A DNA stretch of 64,000 bases from Octopus vulgaris (taxonomy: Eukaryota), in NCBI GenBank assembly GCA_951406725.2, contig OX597827.1:44764001-44828000 (forward strand). Direction: 5' to 3'. Below, in pieces: positions 40,185 to 53,809 of the stretch (its first letter is position 1; the number at the start of each line of letters is the position of its first letter). A program made the position numbers and the translations under genes. The notes under the pieces were generated by a model that searched no databases, was not told the origin of the DNA, and worked only from the letters and a program-made list of their open reading frames with translations.

Positions 40185-40984
40185 TTTTATCTTTCACTTG
40201 TTTCAGTTATTGGACTGCAGCCATGCTGGGCCACTTGCCTTGAAGGGTTTTTAATTGAATGAATCACCCCCTCCCCTCTTGTACTCGTATTATACAACCT
40301 GAGACTTGGTCAATCAGTGTCTTTTGTTGAACTACTATGTAAGTTATGCAGAATGTAAACAAACTAACACCAGCTGTGAAGTTGCGGTGGGAGACAAATA
40401 CAATCACACACACACACCTCTTTTATCTTATCTTTTACTTGTTTCAGTCATTAGACAGTGGCCATGCTGGGGCAACGCCTTCAAGAACTTTTAGCCAAAT
40501 GAATTGACTTCAGTACTTTTTTTAATCCCGGTACTTACGCTATCAGCCACTTTTGCTGAACCACTAAGTTACGTGGACGTAACCACACCAACACCAGTTG
40601 TCAAGCAGTATTAGGAGGACAAACACAGGCACAAAACACACACACCTAGATGTATATGCATACGCATATGTACAATGGGCTTCTTTCAATTTCCTTCTAC
40701 CGAATCCACTCACAAAGCTTTGGTTGGCCTGAGGCTATTAGTAGAGGACACTTGCCCAAGGTGCCATGCAGTTAGACTGAACCCAGAACCATGTGGTTTG
40801 GAAGCAAGCTTCTTACCACACAGCCACACCTGCCTATATATCTTTTGTTTGTTTCAGTCATTAGACTGTGGGGCACTGCCTTGAAGAATTTTTAGTCGAA
40901 GGAATCAGTCCCAGTACTTATTTACCATTAAGTCACTAGGACATAAATACACCAATGCTAGTTCTCAGGTGGTGGTGGAGATAG

Positions 40985-41017
<33 letters not shown>

Positions 41018-41750
41018 TACATATATATGACAGGCTTCTTTCAGTTTCTATCTACCAAATCCATCTGTTAGACTTTGGTTGGCTCAAAGCTATAGATGAA
41101 AACATTTGCCCAAGGTGCCATGCAGTGAGACAGAGTCTGGAAGCCTGTGGTTGGGAAGCAGACATCCCTGGACCTATTCTTGTATTTGTTTCAGTCATTT
41201 GACTGCGGCCATGCTGGAGCACCGTCTTTAGTTGAACAAACTGACCCCAAGACTTATTCTTTGTAAGCCTAGTACTTATTCTATCGGTCTATATTGCCGC
41301 ACCACTAAATTACAGGTACATAAACACACCAACATCAGTTGCCAAGCAATGGTGGGGCAACAAACACACACACACACACACACTCATATATATATGTATA
41401 TACGATGGGCTTCTTTCAGTTTCCATCTACCAAATCCACTTGCAAGGCTTTGGTCAGCCTGAGGCTATAGTAGAAGACACTTACCCAAGGTGCCACGCAG
41501 TGGGACTGAATCTAAAACCAAGTGGTAGTAAGCAAGCTACTTACCACACAGCCACTCCTGCGCCTATAAAGAAGAAAACCGATGGTGGTGTGTTTATGTC
41601 CCCGTAACTTAGCGGTTCGGCAAAAGAGACCAATTGAGTAAGTACTAGGCTTACAAAGAATAAGTCCTGGGGTCGATTTGCTTGACTAAAGTTGGTGCTC
41701 CAGCATGGCCGCAGTCTAATGACTGAAACAAGTAAAAGAATAAAAGAGTG
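40185..41750. mobile_element. Dense stack of SINE family A copies (four minus copies including a full one at 41176-41564, then a plus 3' half at 41578-41750)
   Basis: Repeated TTGTTTCAGTCA...CCATGCTGG and CCAAGGTGCCA.GCAG motifs; the last copy is in the opposite orientation. Confidence 0.8.
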
Positions 41751-42256
41751 AAAAAAAATCTTTGATATATTAGGACCAGAGAGGGAAAAAAGAAAACCAG
41801 ACGGGATGGTCATTCTGGAATGACTTTGATCATAGACCTGCTTCATAAACCATAACAATAGCAACAACTACAACCATTGCAGAGATATCTCTCTCTCTAC
41901 CTGTATATGTCATTGGTACAAAAAGTCATTTACAGAATATATTTTCCAGACCTTTCTTTATTTTGTTGTTATTCTGAAAAATATATCTTGTTTTGTTTTT
42001 GTTTTTTTTTATCTCTTCACTGAATGTATTTATCTATTTATTTATTTATGTATTTATTTATTTATTTATTTATTTATTTACTACCTGTTCTTGTCATATT
42101 TTGGTGGTGGTGATTTTTGTTGTTTTGGTTGCTGGTACTTGTTGCCAAATGTCACATTCTCCACTGTTTGAGCAACATCTCGAAAAAATTAGGTGGGCAA
42201 ACCCCTTGAAATACAAGCAACAGTCACAACAACAAAAACAACATGAAAGTAATAAG

Positions 42257-42292
<36 letters not shown>

Positions 42293-43004
42293 ACGCCCCA
42301 CACTTCAGTGTGTTATTTTCATCTTTCAGTGTCCCTGATACATGATAAATAAGATGGAACTGCGCAGATACAACACTTAATATCCAGTTATCTCTAGAGA
42401 TTGTTTCTTATTTTGCCTCTTTTAGTAAACAGCATGAAGTAGATAATTTAAAACTATGCAGGCTAACTAATAACCTGATCTAGTGTATTATCTTACTCTC
42501 TTCTCTACTCTTACACTGTACATTTTAATCAGTCCAATCTCCTGTCATCTTCATATGCCTTAGGGTTATTGTTGTTGTTTAAACCCAGGACAGCTCTGGA
42601 TAGACACACCTAAGGATCAAAAGAATTCCAGTTTCGATGGCTTTGCCATCATTTTTTTCTTTTTTTAATTTTTTTTTTTTTAGGTATAGCATACCCTTGG
42701 CTGCATCGTCTTCATCAGCTAATAAATCATTTTCTAAGACTGTAAGATGTAATTTTAAGGAGATTCAGCTGATGTTCATAATAGATAGAGCAATCACACA
42801 GAGGTTCCCAGAAAAGTTCTACCTATACACATACAGCTAAAATCACCGGATCTGTAGAACTAACATCAATTGGCCACTTACCATTTCATTAACTAGGTGG
42901 AAGATAAAGCTTACCTGAAAGAAGATATCCTTTTGCGTGTACTAAGAATTGAAACCTGGCATTCACTCCAAACTTTCTTGAGTCAATTAGTAATTTTTAT
43001 AGCA

Positions 43005-43520
43005 TTGTCACTGCCCATAGTGGTGAAATATCACAGTTGAGGGCAGTGGTGATGGTTTGTTTATATTACCTACAATGCAGAAATTATAACATTGTTTACA
43101 GGAACAAAACTAAACCACATTGTCTACAATGGTAAAATTACATCCATATCTGTAGTGGTGTAGTTCTTCCATTGCTCACAATACTGAAATTCTACTATTT
43201 ATTCCCCATCGATTAACTTTCTCCATTGCCTATTAAGGTGAAAATATATCATTACCTGCAGGTGTGAAATCGTTCCACATTGCTCAGAGATGAAAAATTT
43301 GTGCCACTGGCTTCAGTAATAATATTGCCCACCTAAGTTAAATTTCCCCATTGCCTACATAGGAACAAATCATACAGATGTCTGGCAATGCTTCAATTTA
43401 TATCATTATCGCAATGCTGAATTTTCTTCCCCCTTCGCTCACAGTCATACCACATTATCCACAGTGATGAAATCATACTCCCGTTGCTCACAGGTGTTAA
43501 ATTCAAACCACTGCTTAAGG
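43005..43520. repeat. Old degenerate ~26-27-bp minisatellite
   Basis: CATTG(C/T)(C/T)TACA....TGAAAT-like units recur at about 43009, 43064, 43090, 43118, 43170, 43224, 43250, 43278, 43349, 43404 and 43481. Confidence 0.65.
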
Positions 43521-44102
43521 AAGACCAAAGAAGACATGGCATAGTATGTTCTTGAATGGTAGATATAGGAGTCAGAGCCTGAGTAGAGCTAAGAGAAAAA
43601 TGAGCAATCAGGGTATTTGGAGAAGTTTCATTGTCCATTGTGCTGACAACACTGAAGGATATAAGAGACAGACCAAGAGAACTTTGTCATTTCTTTTTAG
43701 TGTTAGGTTAACTATGTTGTTGAAAGTAGGGTGGTTTTTATCTATTAGCACAGTACAGCACTGCCAAAAGATTGCTTACTATGTATTCAACTTCTGGTAT
43801 TCCAGAGACTCATTCATATTCTTCGCTGTCATATAACCAATATTTGGAACTAAAAAAAAACAACAGATGATTTCAGTTTTCTGAGTCAGTGTAGCACAGT
43901 CTCCTTCAAACTCCTAGAAGAGGCCAATTCTTCTATTGTCTTCTATTTGGAGAATCGGTCTGTGAAAATATTGTTAGCACACTGCACAATAAAATCTAAG
44001 ACGACGCTAATAGACTGGAAATGTTAACTTATTTTAGCAACCACTCATCTTGTAAATTTAGATATACAAACATAAGTAGATGGATGTCGAAGCAAAATAC
44101 CA

Positions 44103-44143
<41 letters not shown>

Positions 44144-46159
44144 TGTGTGTGTGTGCACTAGGACACATGTTTGTGTGTTTGTGCCTGTTTGTATGTGTGA
44201 TTGTGAGTGTGTTGTTTACATATGTGTGTTCGTTCAATCAATCAATAATCAATCAACTTTATTTATATCAAGAGTGATTATCTTTTATCTTTTAATGTTC
44301 ATTCCTAAAGGGGGTAGATATATTCCCACCACCCCACCTTCCCCCTCCAGAATCTTTGCTAGACGTTTTTACTTTAATATTAGTGAATACACAGGCTTAT
44401 TACACTATATCTTACTGACCATGTACCTGAGTTCTAATCCTGATGGCTATCAAATGATGTCTTTCATCTCGCCGACTATTTTCATAAAATAAATATAAGT
44501 CTTCTACTGAACCTCATTCTGCCATCTCTATTCCATTCCCTTTAAAATTCTCCTCTGCTACTCCCTCTCACCCCATCTGCTCTACCCACTCCTTGTGTCT
44601 AATCAAAACACTATGTTATTAATATTTCATGGCAAGTGATAGATAACTGAATCAGGAAAGTATTGCTTAAAATACTTTGTAGTATCTTAGTTTTAGCTCT
44701 TTATGTCCTTAGGTCAGTCTCCCACCGGAGTTGATTTTCATTTTCCAACTTTCTGAAGTGCATATAGTTGACTGTCCGTTTGAAGGCTGTGCCCCAGCGT
44801 GGGCACAATTTTGTAACTGGAACCAGGGCGCTGCACCAAGTTCTAATCTGATTTGGCAAGGTTTCTATGGCTGGATGCCCTTTATATATATATATAAAAT
44901 CTGCCTCAATAAACTCTGTCCACCCCATGCTAGCATGGAAAAGTGGATGTCAAAGTGATGATGGTGATGATATATATTAAGAAAGGGATGACAGAAAGAG
45001 GAAGGTTAATTAGTCACTTTCATTAGCTTATGGTTTTTATAGCTGTAGGGTGGGTGAGGCTATAAGATGATGTTATACTAGTCCTCGACTCTAGGTGTAC
45101 AATTCTTTAACCCTGAAACAGCTGTAAGGTAATAAAGATGATTACGTAACTACTGTTCCTTTATCATTCATTTATTAATTTATATTATGCTCTGTACTGA
45201 CCTTTTGATAAATAAAAGAGTTCGGAATAGAGAAAATTAGAGAATTCCACCCTCCTTACTTTTGAAAGTTAAGTATATTGGGTTTGAATAACTCATTATT
45301 AGTACCACTATGGCTAAGCAGAATCATAATGTAATAAATATGTGTATAAGTATCTACATATGTGTATGTATATGTGCATGTATGTTTATATATGTACATA
45401 TATATATATCTGTTTGAGTGTATGTATTTTTGTATGTGTATGTATGTATAAGATAAAGAAGAACTGATAACCAAGCACCTGGCTACAATAGATTTTCAAT
45501 GTCCAATAACTAAGCTGGCCTATCCATCACCATCGTTGTAGAGTGTGTGTGTGTGTGTGTATCCCCTGTGCTTTCATTGATTATGGCTGCAAGTCAGCAC
45601 AATACACCTTTCTTCAATATACAAGATACAAGATTTTTGTTGGCTAAGCATCAACGTCCTTTATGTGTGATACACCAGCAGAAAAATCTATATTCTCTAA
45701 TATCTATCGTAGGGCGTGTAGCATATTTGATTGTCTTTGATTTTTGTTTTCTTTTTCTTTATTCTTTTGGGGGGTTTTTTTCATTGTTTTTGTTTTTTGT
45801 TTCAAAATTCTATAATATTGAACACATTGTTGATTATCTCAAAAAACAAAAAAAAACAAATCTCATTGATTAATTAATAAAGCAGCTATTAAAATTATAC
45901 ATACAGAGCTTGTAAGTAGGTTATGGTTGTTGTTATGCATTTCGGTAAAACTTAAATGTTTAATTGATAGTAAAATATTTGCAGCCCAGTTGTAAAGTTG
46001 TAATGGCAAAAAACAAAAATCTGGAATTTTTTTTTTCACCAAGAAAATCAATTTTGCTTTCCTTGTTGTCACCATACATATATACATACACACACAAACA
46101 CACATATATATAAATACATATATACATATACATATATACATATACACACACACAAACAT

Positions 46160-46711
46160 ATATATAAGTATATATATGCACACATATATTGACAAATACA
46201 CATATACCTATATACATATGCACATACTTTTGTGTGAAAACTAGATATAAACACACATATACACATATATATCTCAGTATATATATATGCACACATATAC
46301 ACGTGTATACACACATGCACACGTATCTAAGTGTGTATGTATACATATATATATATATGCACACATATATACACGTGTATATGCACATACTTTTATGAGA
46401 AAACTAGATACAAACACATGCATACACACATATATCTAAGTATATATACATATATATATATATGCACACATATATACACATGTATACATACACACTACAC
46501 ATGTATATACCTGTGTACATGTGCACATACTTTTGTGTGAAAACTAGATATAAACACACACATACACACACATATATATCTAAGTATATATATATATGCA
46601 CACATATAAACACATGTATACACACACATACACTATACATATGTATATACCTATGTACATGTGCACATACTTTTGTGTGAAAACTAGATATAAACACACA
46701 TATATATCTAA

Positions 46712-46763
<52 letters not shown>

Positions 46764-46860
46764 CACACATATATACACTTGTATACACACACATACACTA
46801 CACATATGTATATACCTTTATACATGTGCACATACTTTTGTGTGGAAACTAGATATCTTA
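46160..46860. repeat. Higher-order tandem repeat (~140-170-bp units) built on TA/CA microsatellite
   Basis: GCACATACTTTTGTGTGAAAACTAGATA anchor (with minor variants) occurs five times, at about 46220, 46383, 46522, 46662 and 46828. Confidence 0.85.
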
Positions 46861-47443
46861 AGTCTATAATAATACTGCATTAAAATCTCTGGTTACTACA
46901 TGTAAAGAGATATTTCCAGATTCTGTGCACGCCCACCACAAATGTGTATTGACCATTCTCTTGTGTTTTTCGTCACACACACACACTTACATACATGACT
47001 CCGTGTGTGTATGTGTGTGTGTGTGTGTGTGTGCATGTGTGTGTAGTTGATGCAGCCATGTTCGTGTGGTTAAGACGCTTGCTTCCCAATCACCTGGTTT
47101 CTTTCAAGATCACTCCCAAAGTGTGGCACTTTGGGTGTCTTCTATTATAACCCTGAGCTGAACTAACTCTTGTGAGTGAATTTGGTAAGCAGTAAATTGA
47201 AAGAAGCTTGTTTTGTATGTATGTGTATGTATATACAGTTGTATATGCGTATATGTGAATGAATGAGTTTTTCTCTTTCCTCATCATATGATAGTTGCAA
47301 ATGAGTGTTACTGTCATACAAAACAGTGGCATTTATTTCCAATATTCTGCAGAAAAACCATCTGGCCATGTGGAAATATTACTTTCCTTGAAAACAGGTG
47401 AGGATGGGCAACAGGAAAAGCATCCACCCTTAAAAAATTTGCC

Positions 47444-47675
47444 TTAACCTTTTAACATTTAAACTGACCATATCAGGCTCAAATATTCTACCTGTCTTAT
47501 TTTCAAATCAGCCAAATGTTGCCTCCCACAGCTAGCTACCTTGTAATGCCATTCTGAAAATAAACAGTCACATTATTGAAACCTCAAAGCTAAGAGATAA
47601 TGCATGATTAATTCGAAACCATGTGATTAAATAAGTATTACATTTGACAGAGTAATCTAAATGCTGAAAGGTTAA
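47444..47675. mobile_element. piggyBac-like MITE nested in a family A/C SINE
   Basis: TTAA-CCTTTTAACATTTA ... TAAATGCTGAAAGG-TTAA. The host SINE resumes seamlessly (...TTTGCC|TTAA|TAAACTGTCC..., compare CTGCCTCAATAAACTCTGTCC at 44901). Confidence 0.8.
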
Positions 47676-47861
47676 TAAACTGTCCAAACTATGCAACTGT
47701 GGAAAAGTGGATGGTAAAATGATGATGATACTCTTTTTTTCTCTCTGGCAGTCAGTGTTGTGTGCTTACTACTCTCTAAGTTTTGCCTCATGAAATATGA
47801 AATTCCCTCAAGCATTGATATTGTCTACAACTTTTGTGAACTGAATGCACTGTTCATTATT

Positions 47862-48205
47862 TTAGCTCTTAGAACCTCCAGTGCCGTCAGCACAACAGGC
47901 TACAAACCATCTCAAACGATCACAATTGCTTGCTTTCCTCTTAGCTCCACCTGGGCCAACTCCCATCACTTCCATGTTGTCCTGGAACTTACTGCACCAC
48001 GTCTTATTTGGTCTCCTACTTGGTCTTTTTCCTCCTCCCAGCATCCACCCCATCACGATGATAGCACATCTCTCCTGTAGTAATCAAAGCACATGGTCAT
48101 TAAACTGTATCCACTGCTCTGTCACTTGTACTGCAGACTTCCCATGCTAGCTCTTCTCTTCACCTCTTCATTTTCTCACTCTATCCCAGTAAGAGATGCT
48201 CTGGA
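47862..48205 (-). mobile_element. Decayed RTE LINE 3' fragment
   Basis: Minus-strand ...DHVL*...MGWMLGGGKRPSRRPNKTW...DRLRWFVACC, matching the RTE GHVLR...W.P.GGKR.RGRPK.TW...DR..WR motif. Confidence 0.7.
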
Positions 48206-48404
48206 TTGAATGTAAGCAGTGTGAATGAAACACATCCAGCAACTGAGAGATCTTTGCTGTCTTCTTCCAGGTTTCACAGGTGTAGATGGCTCTTGATATG
48301 TTTTACTAACCACATATATACCGATTATTACTCATATAGTGTGGATGGTTCAGTTATTATAAAGCTAAGTCCATACCATGGTTTCATAATAAATTATAGC
48401 GTTA

Positions 48405-48783
48405 TCAAAGAAGCTTGAGAGGCGGTTGGATGGAACCTACACTCGCCTCCTTATGAGAGCTCAAAATCTCTTGTGGAAGCGTCATCCAACCAAAATGCAA
48501 ATATAAGGGAAACTACCACCTGTGTCATCTCTTGTGAAAGGTAGGAGAGTCCAATTTGCTGGACATTGTTGTAGAGCTGAAAACGAGGCAATTTCTACTC
48601 TTCTCCTCTGGAAGCTATCTACTCGCAATACCAGAGGGCGCACACTCTCCTACCCTGATGTAATCTCCAGGGATACAGGCATCCAGCAACAGGACCTCCG
48701 TAATGCTATGATGGACTGTGAAGTCTGGCGTAGCATGGTAAATTCCATTGTCTCGACCACGGTCAAACAATGATGATGATGAT
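48405..48783 (+). mobile_element. 5'-truncated RTE/RTE-X-like LINE 3' end with (TGA)n tail
   Basis: SKKLERRLDGTYTRLLMRAQNLLWKRHPTKMQI*GKLPPVSSLVKGRRVQFAGHCCR...LLLW...RGRTLSYPDVISRDTG...AMMDCEVWR, ending in TGATGATGATGAT. Confidence 0.85.
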
Positions 48784-50377
48784 AGAGGTATTTATAAACA
48801 AAAACAGACTCTGTACATCAACAACATTTTTCATTGCTTTACTAGGTTCAGTCTTTGGATTACTGCTATGTTCAGTGACAGCTTCCAAGTGTCTTTGTCC
48901 ATTATATCAGTTCCATTCTAGAACACAGGGATGCAGCTCAGTCAGTTACTTTTGCTATTGTACGTGTGCACACATGCACACACACAGAGAACAAACAAAG
49001 GTTGCCATATATGAGGTGATGAGCTGAAAATAATATTTTAATTAATTGAAATTATAACCCTTATGTGAAGAGAAAGTCAATAAGCATTAATGGAAATTAT
49101 TCTCTGAATGGGATGGACAAGGGAGGGGGAGAACCACTTGAATTTCAATCAGTCAAAAATTAAATTGAGTTATAGAAACAGTTGCAGGAGAAAATGTCTG
49201 ATCTTTGACAGCTATCATGACAAATCTAGACATGTTTGAACCTTATTTGACCTCCTCAGCAAAGCATAGTCCAAGCAATGACTGCCAAGAACGCAGAATG
49301 ACTAGGAGAAATAGTATTTTTCTTTTGTTTGTGTGTTTTTATGAAAAAATTTCACTGAATAGTATGTATGTTGGACTCCACACAATTTCTGTTTACGAAA
49401 ATTTTTGTCACTCAGTTAATTGATTTGCCAGAGGCTTCGGTAAAAAACAAATGTTTCATTACTGCACTGTGAAATTGAACCTAGATTAGTCACACTGCCA
49501 TGCTTGTGGCCATTGCACTATAATGGTTACATATGTAAGGCACCACACACACACATGTAGAACAAAGACATAAACAATCAAACAACAGGTGTCAGATTAG
49601 GTTATGACATTTATATGTTTAAACATGAATTTTGAATTGTTGCAGGAGCATAGATCCCAAGTGGTTGATAAAAAATCAGTTCATAATGCTTGTGGCATAT
49701 TTTTTGGAACAGTTACATGGTAAGTCTGAATTATTGGTGTTAGATAAAGCAGATCATCATAGGTGTAATAATCTAAAGCTGTGCAAGGAGGGAGGAAATA
49801 AGGAAGGTGTGCAGATAGTTTCTTACAGCTGTTTCAAGAATAGCTGTGCAGATGATGCATTTCCCTGCAAATGATCAGGAGCCAACCTTATCCTTGCAAT
49901 CTATTCCATCATCATAGGAAGAATGAGGCAGAGCCTTGATAGAAAATAATGATATACTTGTGATCTTTTATTGACTTCTTGTGATCTATACTCCTGTAAC
50001 AATTCAACACTCATATTTAAATACATGAATATCAACATCATAATCTAATCTGATAACCAGTTGTTTATTGATTTAGCCTATTTGTTCTATCATGCATGTA
50101 TCTATTCAACTGAAACGCTACCTATAGCCAATTGTCACTTGGTATGTATAACATGCCGGCTTTTTGGTTGCATTTCATGTTGGAGTTTAGGCCACAGTCA
50201 ACCTGAGTACTAGTTGTTGGTCCCTATTATCTTACGTCATCAGATATGATATAACCCGCATTCTAAATACACACACACACACACACACACGTACACGTAC
50301 ACATTTGTATATTTATTTATATATGTATAATTATGGATGTATGTATGTATGTATGTATATATATTTATTTATGTATG

Positions 50378-50410
<33 letters not shown>

Positions 50411-50770
50411 TTATTTATGTAGGTATATATGTGCATGTGTGTGTTATATGTATATGAAGGGAGGGGAAACAGTTTTATATTTGTTTTTTGGTTTCCCTGG
50501 TTCCTACTTAACTGTGAATACTCCTACCCCCACCCACCCCACTGTAGACTATCATGCTATCCTGGTTTGAGACACATCACTGAACACACCATTTTCATGC
50601 TGGGAATCCAGAACAAGGTACCCTGGCAGATATCAACTTCTCCCGCCATCCTACCATGTACTCATGGGAGTATTTGAACTAAGCATTTTCAAGCTATTAA
50701 AGCAATCTTTCAGCTAAAGGATAATGTGCCCCCACCCCCTACTGTTTGTAATTTGAAGGAATAAACTGAC

Positions 50771-50816
<46 letters not shown>

Positions 50817-51094
50817 TAAAAATCCGAGTATCTAGTTACAATCTTTTGGGTTTTTTTTCCTCTATCCATCTTATCTACATTCACTCTTAATGTAAAATGC
50901 ATAAATGAATTTTGTTTCTTCTGTCTCCCTTTCCTTCCTCTATCTCTCCCCCTGTCTTTGTCCTCTACACAGTCTCTCTCTCTCTCTTTCTCATCCTTTT
51001 TCTTCCCCCTCCAACTCTTTCTCTTTGTATGTATGTGTGTATATATATATGATTTTCAGGGCAAACACAAGTGAGAAATTCTCTCATACACATG

Positions 51095-51129
<35 letters not shown>

Positions 51130-51152
51130 GTTCTTTATTCTTTCTTTTTCTT

Positions 51153-51528
51153 TTATTCTTTTACTTGTTTCAGTCATTTGACTGTGGTCATGCTGGAGCA
51201 CTGCCTTTTGTCGAACAAATCAACCCCAGGACTTATTCTTTGTAAGCCTAGTACTTATTCTATCAGTCTATTCTGCTGAACTTTTCAGTTACAAGAACGT
51301 AAACACACCAGCATCAGTTGTCAAGCGATGGTGGGGGGGGGGGACACATACACACATATATATATACAACGGGCTTCTTTCAGTTTCCATCTACCAAATC
51401 CATTCACAAGGCTTTGGTCATCCCGAGGCTATTGTAGAAGACACTTGCCCAAGATGCCACACAGTGGGACAGAACCCAGAACCATGTGGGTGTAAGCAAG
51501 CTAGTTACCACACAGCTACTCCTGCACC
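51153..51528 (-). mobile_element. SINE family A
   Basis: Full reverse-complement copy ending CTCCTGCACC. Confidence 0.9.
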
Positions 51529-51834
51529 TATACACACACACACATACACACACTATCTGTGTGTGCATACATGAAACTCATGCTCACAGCCATGTCAATT
51601 TTTCCCTTATTAAGGATGGGAAATTGTTAAGTTACCCTACATTCATATCCATATGATATGATTTAAGTACATATTGCCCTTCAGCCATCAGTTGCCAGCA
51701 TGAGATGAAACAACGATGACAATAAAGAGGACTGTAAGTTGTAACTCTTGACCTGCTAAAAATATCAACGTAATGCCCCTCAAAACCCAGTCTGCAATTT
51801 TAGAAGAACTCACTTTGGATAATATAGTCGTATA

Positions 51835-52420
51835 GGTGCAGGTGTGGCTGTGTGGTAAGAAGCTTGCTTCTCAACCACATGGTTTCGCGTTCAGTCCCAC
51901 TGTGTGACACCTTGGTCAAATGTCTTCTACTATAGCCTCAGGCCAACCTGAGCCTCTTGAGTGGATTTGGTTGATTGAAACTGAAAGAAGCCCATCGTAT
52001 ATATATATATATATATATGATGGGCTTCTTTGGATTTGGTTGATTGAAACTGAAAGAAGCCCATCATATATATATATATATATATATATGATGGGCTTCT
52101 TTCAGTTTCAATCAACCAAATCCACTCAAGAGGCTCAGGTCGGCCTGAGGCTATAGTAGAAGACATTTGACAAAGGTCAAATATATATATCATGTCTGTG
52201 TATGTTTTTGTGTCTGTGTTTGTCTACCATCACCACTTGACAATTGCTGTTGGTGTGTCTACATCCCCGTAACTTAGCAGTTCAGCAAAAGAGCCTGGTA
52301 GAATATATACTAGGCTTAAGAATAAGTCCTGGGGTCAATTTGTTCAACTAAAACCACTCAAGATGGTGCTCCAGCATGGCTGCAGTCAAATGACTGAGAC
52401 TAGTAAAAGAATAAAAGAAT
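51835..52420 (+). mobile_element. SINE family A with internal inverted duplication (51910-52176)
   Basis: Normal head and tail; the middle is duplicated and inverted around two (TA)n tracts. Confidence 0.9.
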
Positions 52421-52868
52421 AACATTGTTAGGTTTGCTTGGGAGTGGGATGCTGGTCATGGAGATAGGGTGGTCATAGCAGCTGAAGTATCAACTGACCC
52501 AAAGGTCTGCTGAATCAGATATCTATCTCTATGGTTGAGCAGTTTGCCTTTCATCTTTCTGGGTTTGATAAAATAGAGTACCAGCCAAGCACTTCATCAT
52601 CATCATCATCATCATTTTTCATGTCCACTTTTCCATGCTTGCATGGCTTGGATGGAGTTTATTGAGGTAGATTTTCTATGGTCAGATGCCCTGCTTGCCG
52701 CCAAGCCTCACCTGTTTCTAAGTGAGCCAATAGTTCCCCATGGCCACACATTCTTTCACAGAATAGTGGATATGAATACCACTGCGTTGTATGACAGTGA
52801 CACTCATTTATGATTATCAAGACAAGGAGACACACGGACACACACACACACACACACGCACACACACA

Positions 52869-53013
52869 TTCTGTAAATATAATTATTATAAGCTTAAGCT
52901 TATAAGCATATGCCATATATTGGCTGTAGAAAATAGTCTAATATTGGGGCAATTTCTATAACCAATATATGGTGTATGCTTATAAGCCTAAACTTATAAG
53001 TATATTCACAGAA
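52869..53013. repeat. Imperfect ~145-bp palindrome (MITE- or foldback-like)
   Basis: TTCTGTAAATATA...GCTTATAAGCATATGCCATATATTGG pairs with CCAATATATGGTGTATGCTTATAAGC...TATATTCACAGAA around a central AATATT. Confidence 0.8.
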
Positions 53014-53809
53014 TTTTCACTTGTTACCATTTCTTAACTTACGCTGAACATGCACACATACACCAACCACAGGCTTTTTTCAGTTTCCGTCTACCATATC
53101 CACTCACAAGGCTTTGATTAGCATCGGGCTATAGTAAAACAGTAAGAGATTTGCTCAAGGTGCCATGCGGTGGGCCTGAACTCAGACCCATGTGGTTAGG
53201 AATCAGCCGACTTTACCAGACAACCACATCTGCACCTAAGGTACCAGCCAGGTAACGTGTGTTGATTTAATTGACTATATCCCTCATCTTAAATTTGTGG
53301 CTTTGTGCCTATCTTAGACATCACTACTACATTCTTATGAATGCAGCTTTTTTATTTTTTATTCAATTTCTTATTCCTAAATGCTGTCTCCGCCTCCTTC
53401 ATTGCATTAGTGGGAGGGTAGTGTGGGGATGTGGTGAGTTGGGGGTTAAACAATCAACATTAGCAGAGCTAGGGAATAAAACCCTAACAACTAGGAAGAT
53501 TTGAAGGAAGATGTGACTATCAGGTTTGGCGAAGCAGAAATGTTTTAAAAAGTCCATACTGCATGAGTTACTTTCTTGTTTTCTTCATTTTTTTTTTTTT
53601 ATTTTTACACATGCATGCTTGGCAGATTAACTTTTGTTTTGTTCTATCTTTACCTTGTCACTCATGCAAAACGAGAATTTATCAAGTGTGATATGGAAGA
53701 GACGAAGTTAACCTATAAAAAAATATCTACCACCCAACTGATCCCTTGTCTTGTATCTCCTCACCTAAATGACAACCAGTGACTATTATCTAGGAAGAAG
53801 TTAAGTGTG

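Noticed and set aside
46160-46860. CRISPR-like repeat-spacer array
   Set aside because: The spacers are low-complexity and mutually homologous, the context is eukaryotic and there are no cas genes.
53654-53712. Minus-strand 59-nt exon-like segment (TTTTTTTATAG...AAG|GTAAAG)
   Set aside because: Stops occur in all three frames; it could only be a UTR exon and there is no independent support.
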